Assembly: GCF_000981785.2 (NCBI RefSeq)
Contig: NZ_CP011304.1
Span: 2,220,001-2,252,000 of the forward strand
Direction of reading: 5' to 3'
DNA length: 32,000 nucleotides
Source: Microcystis aeruginosa NIES-2549
GTDB lineage: Bacteria; Cyanobacteriota; Cyanobacteriia; Cyanobacteriales; Microcystaceae
A program made the position numbers and the translations under genes. Shown one piece after another: positions 16,410 through 24,273 of the stretch. Every line of letters starts with the position of its first letter. Position 1 is the stretch's first letter. The notes beneath the pieces are model-generated. The model made no database searches and had not been told where the DNA came from. It saw only the letters and a list, made by a program, of their open reading frames with translations.

Positions 16410-17402
16410 ATGAAACCCACCGAATTAATTGCACGTTATGCCGAGGGAGAAACTCAATTTAGTGGCTTAAAATTGCCAGGAGTTAATTTAGTTGGTGCTG
16501 ACTTGATTGGCATTGTTTTAAATGGGGCAGATCTGCACGGAGCCAATCTTCTCTTTACCTATCTTAACCGGGCTAATCTCGCTCAAGCTAATCTCGTGGC
16601 GGCTAATTTAAGCGGTGCTAGTCTCAACCAAGCTGACTTAAATGGCGCAGATTTACGCAGTGCCAATTTACACGGAGCGCTCCTACAAGGGGCTAATCTT
16701 CGTGATACTGATATAACCCTAGCTATTCTACTTGATGCTAACTTAATCGGGGCGGATTTACGCGGGGCTGATTTAAGTAGTGCTAACCTCACTGGTGCTT
16801 GTTTGCGGGGAACAAATATGCGTCAGGAAAATAAAAATTCTAACACTAATTTACAAGCGGCTAATCTCTATCGCGCCGACCTGCAAGGAGCTAATATGAA
16901 AGGGGTTAATCTGGTACGAGCTAATCTAGTAGGAGCCAATTTAAAGGAGGCTAATTTGTCCAATGTTGACATCAGAAATGCGGATTTAACTAATGCTAAT
17001 CTGCAAGGTGCTTTACTTACTGATGCCAATTTAGTCGGGGTGTGTTTAGTGGGAGCAAATCTAGCGGGAGCCAATTTAGTGCGGTCAAAAATGAGCGATA
17101 CGGAAGCAATGGGCGCAAATTTCCATAGTGCAATTATGACTGAAATAAAATTAGATCGAGCTAATCTTAGTCAAGCTAATTTTCAAGCGGCAAGAATGAA
17201 TCATGCTGACTTAAGAAGGGCTAATCTTTCAGGAGTTAATTTCAGGGAAGCGGAGCTAATCGATGCTTTTTTTGCTAGAGCAAATCTCACCGGTGCTGAT
17301 TTAAGTAATGCTAATCTAACTGGTGCTGAGTTAATGAGTGCTAATCTCATGGGAGTTAACTTCCTCGGTGCAATTATGCCCGATGGCCGGATTAATAATT
17401 AA
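16410..17402 (+). CDS. Pentapeptide-repeat protein
   Basis: The ORF is 16377-17402 (TTG directly after the upstream TAA) and the likely start is ATG 16410 (MKPTELIARYAEGETQFSG). About 300 aa of A(D/N)LxG-type pentapeptide repeats follow (GADLHGANL, ANLSGASLNQADLNGADLRSANLHGA...). Confidence 0.9.
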   Translation: MKPTELIARYAEGETQFSGLKLPGVNLVGADLIGIVLNGADLHGANLLFTYLNRANLAQANLVAANLSGASLNQADLNGADLRSANLHGALLQGANLRDTDITLAILLDANLIGADLRGADLSSANLTGACLRGTNMRQENKNSNTNLQAANLYRADLQGANMKGVNLVRANLVGANLKEANLSNVDIRNADLTNANLQGALLTDANLVGVCLVGANLAGANLVRSKMSDTEAMGANFHSAIMTEIKLDRANLSQANFQAARMNHADLRRANLSGVNFREAELIDAFFARANLTGADLSNANLTGAELMSANLMGVNFLGAIMPDGRINN

Positions 17403-17498
17403 AATTACTTAGACAGTGTTGTTGGCAATTATTCTGGTATAATTAGGGGTAGAATTGAGGGTAGTATTATGGTTTAGCCAGCAATTATTGCAGAAGAT

Positions 17499-17936
17499 AT
17501 GGGCAAAATCTACACCAGCATTACAGTTATCAATCGCGCCGATCAAATTCGTGCGGAGGATGGTATCATCGCGCCGGATCAAATTCGCTCTCTTACCCTA
17601 GAAAATGTCTTGGTAGATACGGGAGCAACTAATCTTTGTCTGGTGCCAGAAGTAATCTCCCGCTTGGGTTTACAGCTTTTAAAAGAAGTAGATGTGGCTA
17701 CGGCTAAAGGCATAGGAAAAGCGAGAATTTTTCGCGATGCTACCTTGATTATCGCGGGACGGGAAGGCACTTTTGAATGTTTGGAATTACCCAGAGGTCA
17801 AAACAATTTATTAGGAGTAATTCCCTTAGAAGCTTTGGGATTAGAACCAGATTTTCGCAGCCAAAAATTGCGAGTTTTACCCACGGAATCCCACGAGACT
17901 TATTTAACAATTTTATCGAACCAAATAGCTCTATAA
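17499..17936 (+). CDS. Retropepsin-like (clan AA) aspartic protease family protein
   Basis: 145 aa. The VLVDTGATNLCL (D-T-G active-site motif) and the later IIAG/LLGV pattern are typical of small bacterial retropepsin-like proteins. Confidence 0.78.
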   Translation: MGKIYTSITVINRADQIRAEDGIIAPDQIRSLTLENVLVDTGATNLCLVPEVISRLGLQLLKEVDVATAKGIGKARIFRDATLIIAGREGTFECLELPRGQNNLLGVIPLEALGLEPDFRSQKLRVLPTESHETYLTILSNQIAL

Positions 17937-19592
17937 AATCACTTTTTGTCTGACTGTTCCGGCTCTTTCAGCTATAGCGATAATCTCGATTTCTTGACCA
18001 GAAACTCCCTTAATTACCCATTCCACCGTACAGCGATAATCTAAACCGTGAGCGAGACTACTATATACTTTATTTGATCGTCCTTCTAAGTGACCGATTT
18101 CTTGCTCTAATTTTCCCACTATTAAACTCACCTCATCGGCCAAATTTAACTTGACTTGAATGGGACGAACTATCTTTCTTTCCAGTGCTTTTTTGCTGGT
18201 ATAAGTGGGTAAAAATCCCTGATTTTCTAACTGTAAAACCAGATGATAAATACCATCGCCCTCCGACTTAAGATCGAGACGAGAGATAGCTAAAAGAGGT
18301 GACATTAAAGCATGGGCAATAGTAAACTGACATTGTTTCTCACATAAATCTGGTAAATACTTTTCTGGGGCATTTTGCCAGACATTTTTAAAGTCCCAAC
18401 CGCCAATTTCCACCTCTCCCAATTGGGGATGATCAAAACTTTGCCAATTAATAAAACCCTTTCCCGCTAAATTCTCATCATTCCAACGCTGTAACTTCAA
18501 TTCATCTTCCAAAGGATGCCAGCGAAACCATTGAATATAATCATCTTTTTCCACTGCTGCTTGGGTGGGTGCATCCCATAACTCCACCGTAAAACCATAC
18601 CAACCAAAATGATCATAACCGTAATCATCCATGGCACCGTTAGTCACTTCTTTAGGATGATAACGAAAATCGTGATAGACAGAAACGCATTCATAGCCAG
18701 TCATTGCCTTTCCCTTATCGGCAATATATTTATACATTTCTAAGTCTTCCACGGGGAAATATTCATCGGGATGGGTGCTATAGGGACGCAACATGACTGC
18801 TGAATAGGTATGATAGGTAACGAAGCCATTAATATTGGTGTTATTCGCCCAAAATTCGGCTTCTGCACGGGTTTCTGGCTCGGAAAAAGGAAAATCTCCG
18901 GCCCCCTGTTGTTCCCCTTCAGGAACCCAATAAACAGGATAATTGCGGTTAAAATCTAAACCTTCTAGGGTGGGGGCAGTGGTAAAATTATAGCCATCGT
19001 AATCGCGGATTAAACCTTCGGTGAGCAAAGTGTAAAAAGTTCCCTCAAATTCCTCCGGTTCGCGACGCACCATAATGCGAGGATCTTGTTCAGAAATTTT
19101 CCAAGCGCCACAGGTATCTTTTTGGCGCATTTGTAAGATTAAACCATCGCCGTTAATATCTTCAGGATATAGCCCCGGTTTCTCATCCGTGTGGGGATAG
19201 GGGCGAATACTCGATCGTAACATATAGGGAGTGGTGAGATATTTTTCCGCTCCATCCACGGCTAATCGCGGCAAAATATAGACAGTGTAATGGTCAAGAA
19301 GTCTGGTAATTTGGGGATTATGACCGTATTGGCTCAAAAGATGAGAGATAGTGTAGAGAGCGACGGCAGAGCCTGTTACTTCCCCCGCGTGGGTGTTAGC
19401 ATCGATCCAATAGGCAGGTTTTTCTAAATAGGGTCCTGTGGCTTGATTTGTTAGGGTAGTTAACCAGATATCTCGATTTTCGTAGGTTTTACCGATCGAA
19501 GTCAGGCTAATTAAATTAGGATAGGATGAAGCTAGGTTTTTCAGGAAAGAAACTAATTCTTGGTAGGGGTAATAGTGGCTAAAATCAAACAT
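17931..19592 (-). CDS. M14-family zinc carboxypeptidase
   Basis: The ORF is 17931-19604 (TTG) and the likely start is ATG 19592 (MFDFSHYYPYQEL). WIDANTHAGEVTGS supplies the HxxE zinc ligands, followed by LDFNRNYP and FVTYHTYS (second His region). The gene overlaps the convergent protease gene by 6 nt. Confidence 0.88.
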   Translation of the reverse strand: MFDFSHYYPYQELVSFLKNLASSYPNLISLTSIGKTYENRDIWLTTLTNQATGPYLEKPAYWIDANTHAGEVTGSAVALYTISHLLSQYGHNPQITRLLDHYTVYILPRLAVDGAEKYLTTPYMLRSSIRPYPHTDEKPGLYPEDINGDGLILQMRQKDTCGAWKISEQDPRIMVRREPEEFEGTFYTLLTEGLIRDYDGYNFTTAPTLEGLDFNRNYPVYWVPEGEQQGAGDFPFSEPETRAEAEFWANNTNINGFVTYHTYSAVMLRPYSTHPDEYFPVEDLEMYKYIADKGKAMTGYECVSVYHDFRYHPKEVTNGAMDDYGYDHFGWYGFTVELWDAPTQAAVEKDDYIQWFRWHPLEDELKLQRWNDENLAGKGFINWQSFDHPQLGEVEIGGWDFKNVWQNAPEKYLPDLCEKQCQFTIAHALMSPLLAISRLDLKSEGDGIYHLVLQLENQGFLPTYTSKKALERKIVRPIQVKLNLADEVSLIVGKLEQEIGHLEGRSNKVYSSLAHGLDYRCTVEWVIKGVSGQEIEIIAIAERAGTVRQKVIL

Positions 19593-19663
19593 AATCTTCT
19601 GCAACTAAAAAAAGGATTCTTGGGTTAATTTGACAAAATATGGGATAATAACAGTAAAAAACT

Positions 19664-19876
19664 ATGGATAGTCAAGATATCGCTCGCTACATTGAAGAAA
19701 CTAACGGTATTTCCAAGCCTTGGCTGTTGGTGCAATTGCGTCTCAAAAAACTGCAAGAACGTCGTGCCAGTCTTTCCCAACAGGAATATATCCAAGAATT
19801 GGATGATATTCAGCAAGACTTAATGAAATTGGGCGAATGGTGGCGAGGAATCGAGTCAGAAGTCTTTAAACCCTAA
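19664..19876 (+). CDS. Small hypothetical protein (70 aa, helical)
   Basis: A clean ORF with an ATG start in the gap between divergent and convergent neighbours. I do not recognise a family. ORF 19625-19816 on the opposite strand competes but looks like low-complexity hydrophobic noise. Confidence 0.5.
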   Translation: MDSQDIARYIEETNGISKPWLLVQLRLKKLQERRASLSQQEYIQELDDIQQDLMKLGEWWRGIESEVFKP

Positions 19877-20619
19877 GCGGTGGCGATAATCTGCAATACT
19901 CGCGGTAAATCCTCAAATTCGCCGACGATGCGTTTTACTGGTTGTGGCCAAACCCGGACTAAAGTGGGAATAGCAGAGACATGATTGGATTCTGCTTGTT
20001 CTGGATGCTTAGAGATATCGATCACTTTCAGGGTATAGGGGTGGTGTAATTCTCGTTCCAGAAGCTGATGGATCGATTCTAGGGTGTGCTTAGTATTGGC
20101 ATTATTACCGGAGACAAATAACCGCAAAACATAACCCTTAGGACTAGGATTACTATAGTCAGAGTCAGCAGCCATCGCCGAAGTAGCTGCGGGAAGCTCC
20201 TGATAACGGACAATCAGATCGTGGGATTGCCAAAGTTGGGGAAACTGCTGACGATAGGTTTCTAAGATAGTGGGATTAGAGGATTGTTCCTGCCAAGGTA
20301 CAGTAAACCAAGCTCGATCGTCCGTGGCGAAAATAGCATTTAATAAAGGCTGATAGCGACGGACAAGGGGATAGACTTCGGCTCTAGTATGAATACGGTG
20401 ACTGTAGGGATCTCGCCAGCGATCGATGGTAGCGGTAAAACTAGGAACTAAAAAATGGGGGGGTTCTGGCAACCCTAAAGCGGACTGGAGAGCAGTACAG
20501 AGATTCAGATGCCAATGAGTTTGTTTATCAGGATCGATACAGTAAATTAGGTCGCCCCCGGGGGTAAACAGGGCGATGCCTTTAAAAATATCGGGCAACA
20601 CAATCGCAGAAGTAGCCAC
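19873..20619 (-). CDS. KaiB-domain protein with a ~160-aa N-terminal extension (long KaiB-like)
   Basis: 248 aa with a GTG start. The C-terminal 88 aa (nt 19876-20139) read YVLRLFVSGNNANTKHTLESIHQLLERELHHPYTLKVIDISKHPEQAESNHVSAIPTLVRVWPQPVKRIVGEFED. This aligns by eye with canonical KaiB (YILKLYVAGNTPNS...[43 protein letters not shown]). Confidence 0.82.
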   Translation of the reverse strand: MATSAIVLPDIFKGIALFTPGGDLIYCIDPDKQTHWHLNLCTALQSALGLPEPPHFLVPSFTATIDRWRDPYSHRIHTRAEVYPLVRRYQPLLNAIFATDDRAWFTVPWQEQSSNPTILETYRQQFPQLWQSHDLIVRYQELPAATSAMAADSDYSNPSPKGYVLRLFVSGNNANTKHTLESIHQLLERELHHPYTLKVIDISKHPEQAESNHVSAIPTLVRVWPQPVKRIVGEFEDLPRVLQIIATA

Positions 20620-20709
20620 TTGAGGGGTTCCCGTGAAAAATAAATAGGAGCTTCTATTTTTCTAGACTACTAAACTCTTGACCCCTCAAGGATTTCCTTC
20701 AGGGTTTTT

Positions 20710-21981
20710 CTAGATTCTCCCCCGCAGCATCATCGCCATTTCATTGGGAACCGGGGACATGGCCAAGGCTACCCCCTCGCTAATCCGTCCCTTTTGATAG
20801 AGGTTAAACAGGGATTGATTAGTGGTAATCATGCCGTGGTATTCGCCGTCTTTCATTAATTCAACAATTTCGTCATTTTTGCCGCTGCGAATGTAATCTT
20901 TGACGGCCTCTGTATTGACGAGAATATCGTAAAAAGCAGCCCGTTTACCGTCGGTGGTGCGACATAAACCCTGGGAAATAATACAAACTAAAGATTCTGC
21001 GATCGCCACCCGCGTCGATTCCCGTTCCTCGGCGCTATAAAGAGTTAAAATCCGGTCAAGGGTTTTTACAGCGCTGTTGGTGTGCAGGGTTCCCAGGACT
21101 AAGTGACCGGTTTGGGCAGCTTTCAGGGCAGTATTAACGGTGGCTTTGTCCCGCATCTCCCCCACCAGAATAATATCTGGGTCTTCCCGCAAACAGGCTT
21201 TTAGGGCATTATCGAACTCCTGGGTGTGTATTCCCACTTCCCGTTGTTTGATCAAACTGCGACGACTTTCATGGACAAATTCGATCGGGTCTTCGATGGT
21301 GATAATATGTTTGGGGTGTTCTTTATTGATGTAATCGATCATGGCTGCTAGGGTGGTGGATTTCCCTGAACCCGTCGGACCGGTGATTAAAATCAATCCC
21401 TTCTGCACATCGCACACATCCCGGAAGACCATCGGTAAGCGCAATTGTTCCATAGTGGGGATTTTCATGGGAATCAGACGCAAAACCATCCCCGGACCGC
21501 GCAGACTTTCAAAGATATTAATCCGCACCCTAGCGAATTCGTACTGAGTCGCACCGTCAAATTCTAGGTCTTTTTTAAAGCGAAGGATTTCTTCTTCACC
21601 GAGCATTTCGCGTAACCAACTATAAAAAGTGTTGATGTCAATTTCAGGATAGTCGAGAATAATCATTTCGCCACGATCCCGCATCCGGGGTTGTTCTCCA
21701 ACTCCCAGGTGAACGTCCGAATAACCCCGATCAAAGGCAAACCGGATCAAATGTTCTAAGTTGGGTTGATTGGAGGCGCGACTTTCGGGAGGACTTGGAG
21801 GCGATATTTGACCATTTTGCGGCATATTTGGCACTTCTTTTGGCTGCGTCGCCACTTTTTGGCTCATTTCTTGATTTATCTCTGGTGTGGTTCCCTTGAT
21901 TAACTCCGAGGGAGGCATCGGGATGGAGGGAACCGGCAGCGGTTGTAGTCGTCGCGAGGAAGAATTGGGATTTTTATTCAT
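20710..21981 (-). CDS. pilT: Type IV pilus retraction ATPase PilT family, with a Pro/Ser/Gln-rich N-terminal extension
   Basis: The ORF runs to 21987 (TTG) and the likely start is ATG 21981 (MNKNPNSS). Motifs present are Walker A GLILITGPTGSGKSTT, ITIEDPIEF, Walker B ILVGEMRD and the His box TGHLVLGTLHTNSA. Confidence 0.92.
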   Translation of the reverse strand: MNKNPNSSSRRLQPLPVPSIPMPPSELIKGTTPEINQEMSQKVATQPKEVPNMPQNGQISPPSPPESRASNQPNLEHLIRFAFDRGYSDVHLGVGEQPRMRDRGEMIILDYPEIDINTFYSWLREMLGEEEILRFKKDLEFDGATQYEFARVRINIFESLRGPGMVLRLIPMKIPTMEQLRLPMVFRDVCDVQKGLILITGPTGSGKSTTLAAMIDYINKEHPKHIITIEDPIEFVHESRRSLIKQREVGIHTQEFDNALKACLREDPDIILVGEMRDKATVNTALKAAQTGHLVLGTLHTNSAVKTLDRILTLYSAEERESTRVAIAESLVCIISQGLCRTTDGKRAAFYDILVNTEAVKDYIRSGKNDEIVELMKDGEYHGMITTNQSLFNLYQKGRISEGVALAMSPVPNEMAMMLRGRI

Positions 21982-22085
21982 GAGCAATAGGGGTTTTTCC
22001 TTTACTATTCCCCGATTGTACTAACATCTCATCCCCAATTTCTCAATTGCTCACAGACGTTAGATTGAGGAGTAAGGATCCAGTA

Positions 22086-22194
22086 GTCTCCGAGTCAGGA
22101 GACAGGAGACTCCGAGACAGGAGACAGGAGATTATTTTTATTTATTCTTCCCACTTCCCCACTTCCCCACTTCATAATTTATAATTCATAATTC
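22086..22194. repeat. Composite intergenic repeat block: (AGGAGAC) heptamers, (CCCACTTC)x3, (ATAATTY)x3
   Basis: AGGAGAC occurs at 22097-22103, 22104-22110 and 22119-22125, with AGGAGAT at 22126-22132. GTCTCC...GGAGAC forms a palindrome at 22086-22103. CCCACTTC x3 spans 22150-22173 and ATAATTT/ATAATTC x3 spans 22174-22194. The last two blocks are the reverse complement of the (GAATTAT)n-GAAGTGGGGA module at 12482-12520. Confidence 0.9.
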
Positions 22195-22228
22195 CCCCTC
22201 TCCTATACCTTTTCAACAGGATTTAGTT

Positions 22229-22277
22229 CCGAAAATCGTTACAATGGAGGTTGAGGGCTGATGATTTTGACTACTCA
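22229..22277 (+). repeat. Left copy of a 49-bp imperfect direct repeat flanking the tcmP/DUF5131 cassette
   Basis: CCGAAAATCGTTACAATGGAGGTTGAGGGCTGATGATTTTGACTACTCA compared with the copy at 24187-24235. 45 of 49 positions are identical, in the same orientation. Confidence 0.9.
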
Positions 22278-22316
22278 AGTTTGAGCGAGTTTGACTTGAA
22301 ATATAAAAACAAAAAA

Positions 22317-23219
22317 TTATCCTTGTAATTTTAGTTTTTCGTAACGTTTAAAAATATCGTTAGTAATTTTTATAGCAGCTTCACGGTGACTGGCTAAACA
22401 CAAAGTATATAAAGCGGCATTCTTAGAATTTTTCATGATAACTGGGTTGCTAACGTAGGGAAAAAGTGTTTTTAATCTTTCTGTATATAAATCTGCTAAT
22501 CTATCGGCAGAGATTTTGTCACGACTGGCATTAGGTTCTTGATTATCAAACAAATTTAATTGAATATTTTGTGGTGGTTGGTAAATTTGCTCTAGCCAAT
22601 CTACGTTCCCCATTACTTTATTCAACTGTTCTACTACCTCTGTTTTTGGTTCTTTATCTTTTAGCAAAAGCCGAGTAACGCCCATCACCGAAAAGTTAAT
22701 AAAAATATCGCAAGCTTTAGTTTCTGCTAGTTGAGTGATAGTTTGCCAATCTACTTGTAATCCATAGGGATCTAAAAAAACAAAGGCTCGTTGAGTAAAT
22801 TTTTTCTTGAGCAATAAATTAGGCAGTATATCGTTACATAAAATCTCATTACAGTTACCGCGACGGACATGAATTTCACGGTCAGGAAACTCCTCACATA
22901 AACGTTCTAAACGTTCAGTGCGTTGACGGGAAGTATCAATAAACCAGTAACCATCAAATGGTGGTTCTGTTCTCAAAGCACGCAGGGGAGAACCATCAAT
23001 ATATCGTTGTTCATCTTCCTTCGCTGTTGGTCTCACGGAACCAGCAAAAGCGTCTATATAGTAATAAGCTTTAAGCCAAGGCTTTCCTGTGGGATTCTTG
23101 GGAGTTTTCTGATTGTTCATGATCACAGAATAAGCATTGAGATACTGAGCGAGTAAATCTAACTTATCCTCAGACCATTTACCAATAATATCTTCGCCTT
23201 CTTGGCCTCGTTGACTCAT
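22317..23219 (-). CDS. tcmP: Three-Cys-motif partner protein TcmP (Rossmann/methyltransferase-like motifs)
   Basis: 300 aa with an ATG start. WSEDKLDLLAQYLNAYSVIM, YYIDAFAGS and AFVFLDPYG match what I recall of the TcmP family (TIGR04474). It lies 14 nt downstream of the three-Cys DUF5131 gene, its defining genomic partner. Confidence 0.75.
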   Translation of the reverse strand: MSQRGQEGEDIIGKWSEDKLDLLAQYLNAYSVIMNNQKTPKNPTGKPWLKAYYYIDAFAGSVRPTAKEDEQRYIDGSPLRALRTEPPFDGYWFIDTSRQRTERLERLCEEFPDREIHVRRGNCNEILCNDILPNLLLKKKFTQRAFVFLDPYGLQVDWQTITQLAETKACDIFINFSVMGVTRLLLKDKEPKTEVVEQLNKVMGNVDWLEQIYQPPQNIQLNLFDNQEPNASRDKISADRLADLYTERLKTLFPYVSNPVIMKNSKNAALYTLCLASHREAAIKITNDIFKRYEKLKLQG

Positions 23220-23233
23220 ATCGATAACTTTGT

Positions 23234-24049
23234 TTAGGTCAATGTTAATAAATTATCTTGTTGTTTATTTTTTGAGAGTTTTTTTAGGGAGGAACCTGCT
23301 CTGATTGTCCATTTAGCATTGTGTTCGTTCCAAGCAGCAGGCATTTCATCCCAAATACGCTCATCAAGCATTCTACCACCAGCTTTGGAATAGTTACCAC
23401 CCCACTGCTTAAAGAAAAAAGCAACTTTAGATTCTCTGGTTTGAGCCAAAATTTCCCTAACCCAATCTGGCTCTATGGGACGATGTTGATAGCCTGATTC
23501 ACCGCCAACAATAACCCAATCAATCAGCGATAAATCCAGATTTAGTGGTCCTAAAAGAGGTTCACAGGAAAGAAAACGTACTTTGGCTGGTACTGTTTTT
23601 AAAGCCTCAATTCTATGGGTATATTGCTGACTTTCTACAGAGACACCCATCCAGATATTTTCCGACCATTCCAGTTTATCTGCTAAAGTTGCTAGTTTTT
23701 GAGGGCGCTTAGTCAAAATTTGATAAATATGCCAAGGAGTGTCTCGCATCACCGCAAAGATTTCCTGTAAATAGCCAAAGTCTAAATCTTCATGAAAAAG
23801 ATCACTCATCGAATTGACGAAAATTCGACTCGGTGTGCGCCATTTTTTCGGCTGTTCTAGTCTTTCTCGATGAATAGTAAAATTAAAACCTGTGGGAAAA
23901 CTTCCAGGAAAACGCATTGTTATTGCTTCTGCATAGCAATGACGACACCCCGGACTCACCTTTGTACAACCAGTGGTGGGATTCCAAGTTTTGTCCGTCC
24001 ATTCAATACCAGTTTTACTACTTGACATTTTTTTACCAGATACTTCCAT
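23234..24049 (-). CDS. Phage Gp37/Gp68 family (DUF5131) three-Cys-motif protein
   Basis: The ORF runs to 24085 (TTG). Likely starts are ATG 24049 (MEVSGKK) or ATG 24028 (MSSSKTGIEW). The family signature is present: TGIEWTDKTWNPTTGCTKVSPGCRHCYAE (C-x6-C-x2-C), FVNSMSDLF, HIYQILTKRP, FLSCEPLLGPL, WVIVGGESG and FFFKQWGG. Confidence 0.85.
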   Translation of the reverse strand: MEVSGKKMSSSKTGIEWTDKTWNPTTGCTKVSPGCRHCYAEAITMRFPGSFPTGFNFTIHRERLEQPKKWRTPSRIFVNSMSDLFHEDLDFGYLQEIFAVMRDTPWHIYQILTKRPQKLATLADKLEWSENIWMGVSVESQQYTHRIEALKTVPAKVRFLSCEPLLGPLNLDLSLIDWVIVGGESGYQHRPIEPDWVREILAQTRESKVAFFFKQWGGNYSKAGGRMLDERIWDEMPAAWNEHNAKWTIRAGSSLKKLSKNKQQDNLLTLT

Positions 24050-24186
24050 AAGAGGGTGAACTTTTAACAAAGTATTATAGTACAAAATATCTAAGTAGGA
24101 TCAAAGGCTGACAAAAATTAATGCTACTGCCTGATCTCTCCCGATCTCCCTCAGAGGCTATAGTAACTATAATCACCCCTTTAGAC

Positions 24187-24235
24187 CCCAAAATTGTTAC
24201 AATGGAGGTTTAGGGCTGATAATTTTGACTACTCA
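24187..24235 (+). repeat. Right copy of the 49-bp imperfect direct repeat
   Basis: CCCAAAATTGTTACAATGGAGGTTTAGGGCTGATAATTTTGACTACTCA. It sits 38 nt upstream of the ATG at 24274 and contains a TACAAT -10-like hexamer (24198-24203). Confidence 0.9.
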
Positions 24236-24273
24236 TTTCTGTTTGATCGTCAGTCTTAGGGGAGGTAAATACG

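Noticed and set aside
16583-17074. Antisense ORFs 16583-16792 and 16868-17074 within the pentapeptide-repeat gene
   Set aside because: The periodic (A/S)(K/R)LA... translation is the mirror of the pentapeptide DNA periodicity. The sense frame is far longer and has the canonical A(D/N)LxG pattern.
887-21987. Longer N-terminal extensions given by the ORF track (TTG starts at 887, 7024, 9959, 12438, 16377, 19604, 21987, 24085)
   Set aside because: In each case an in-frame ATG a few codons downstream gives an N-terminus that matches the family better, or avoids overlap with the neighbouring gene. The extended coordinates remain possible but less likely.
22229-24235. Calling the cassette an integrative element, integron cassette or transposon
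   Set aside because: The window contains no integrase, transposase, attC-like structure or terminal inverted repeats. Only the direct repeats are observable, so the mechanism is left open.
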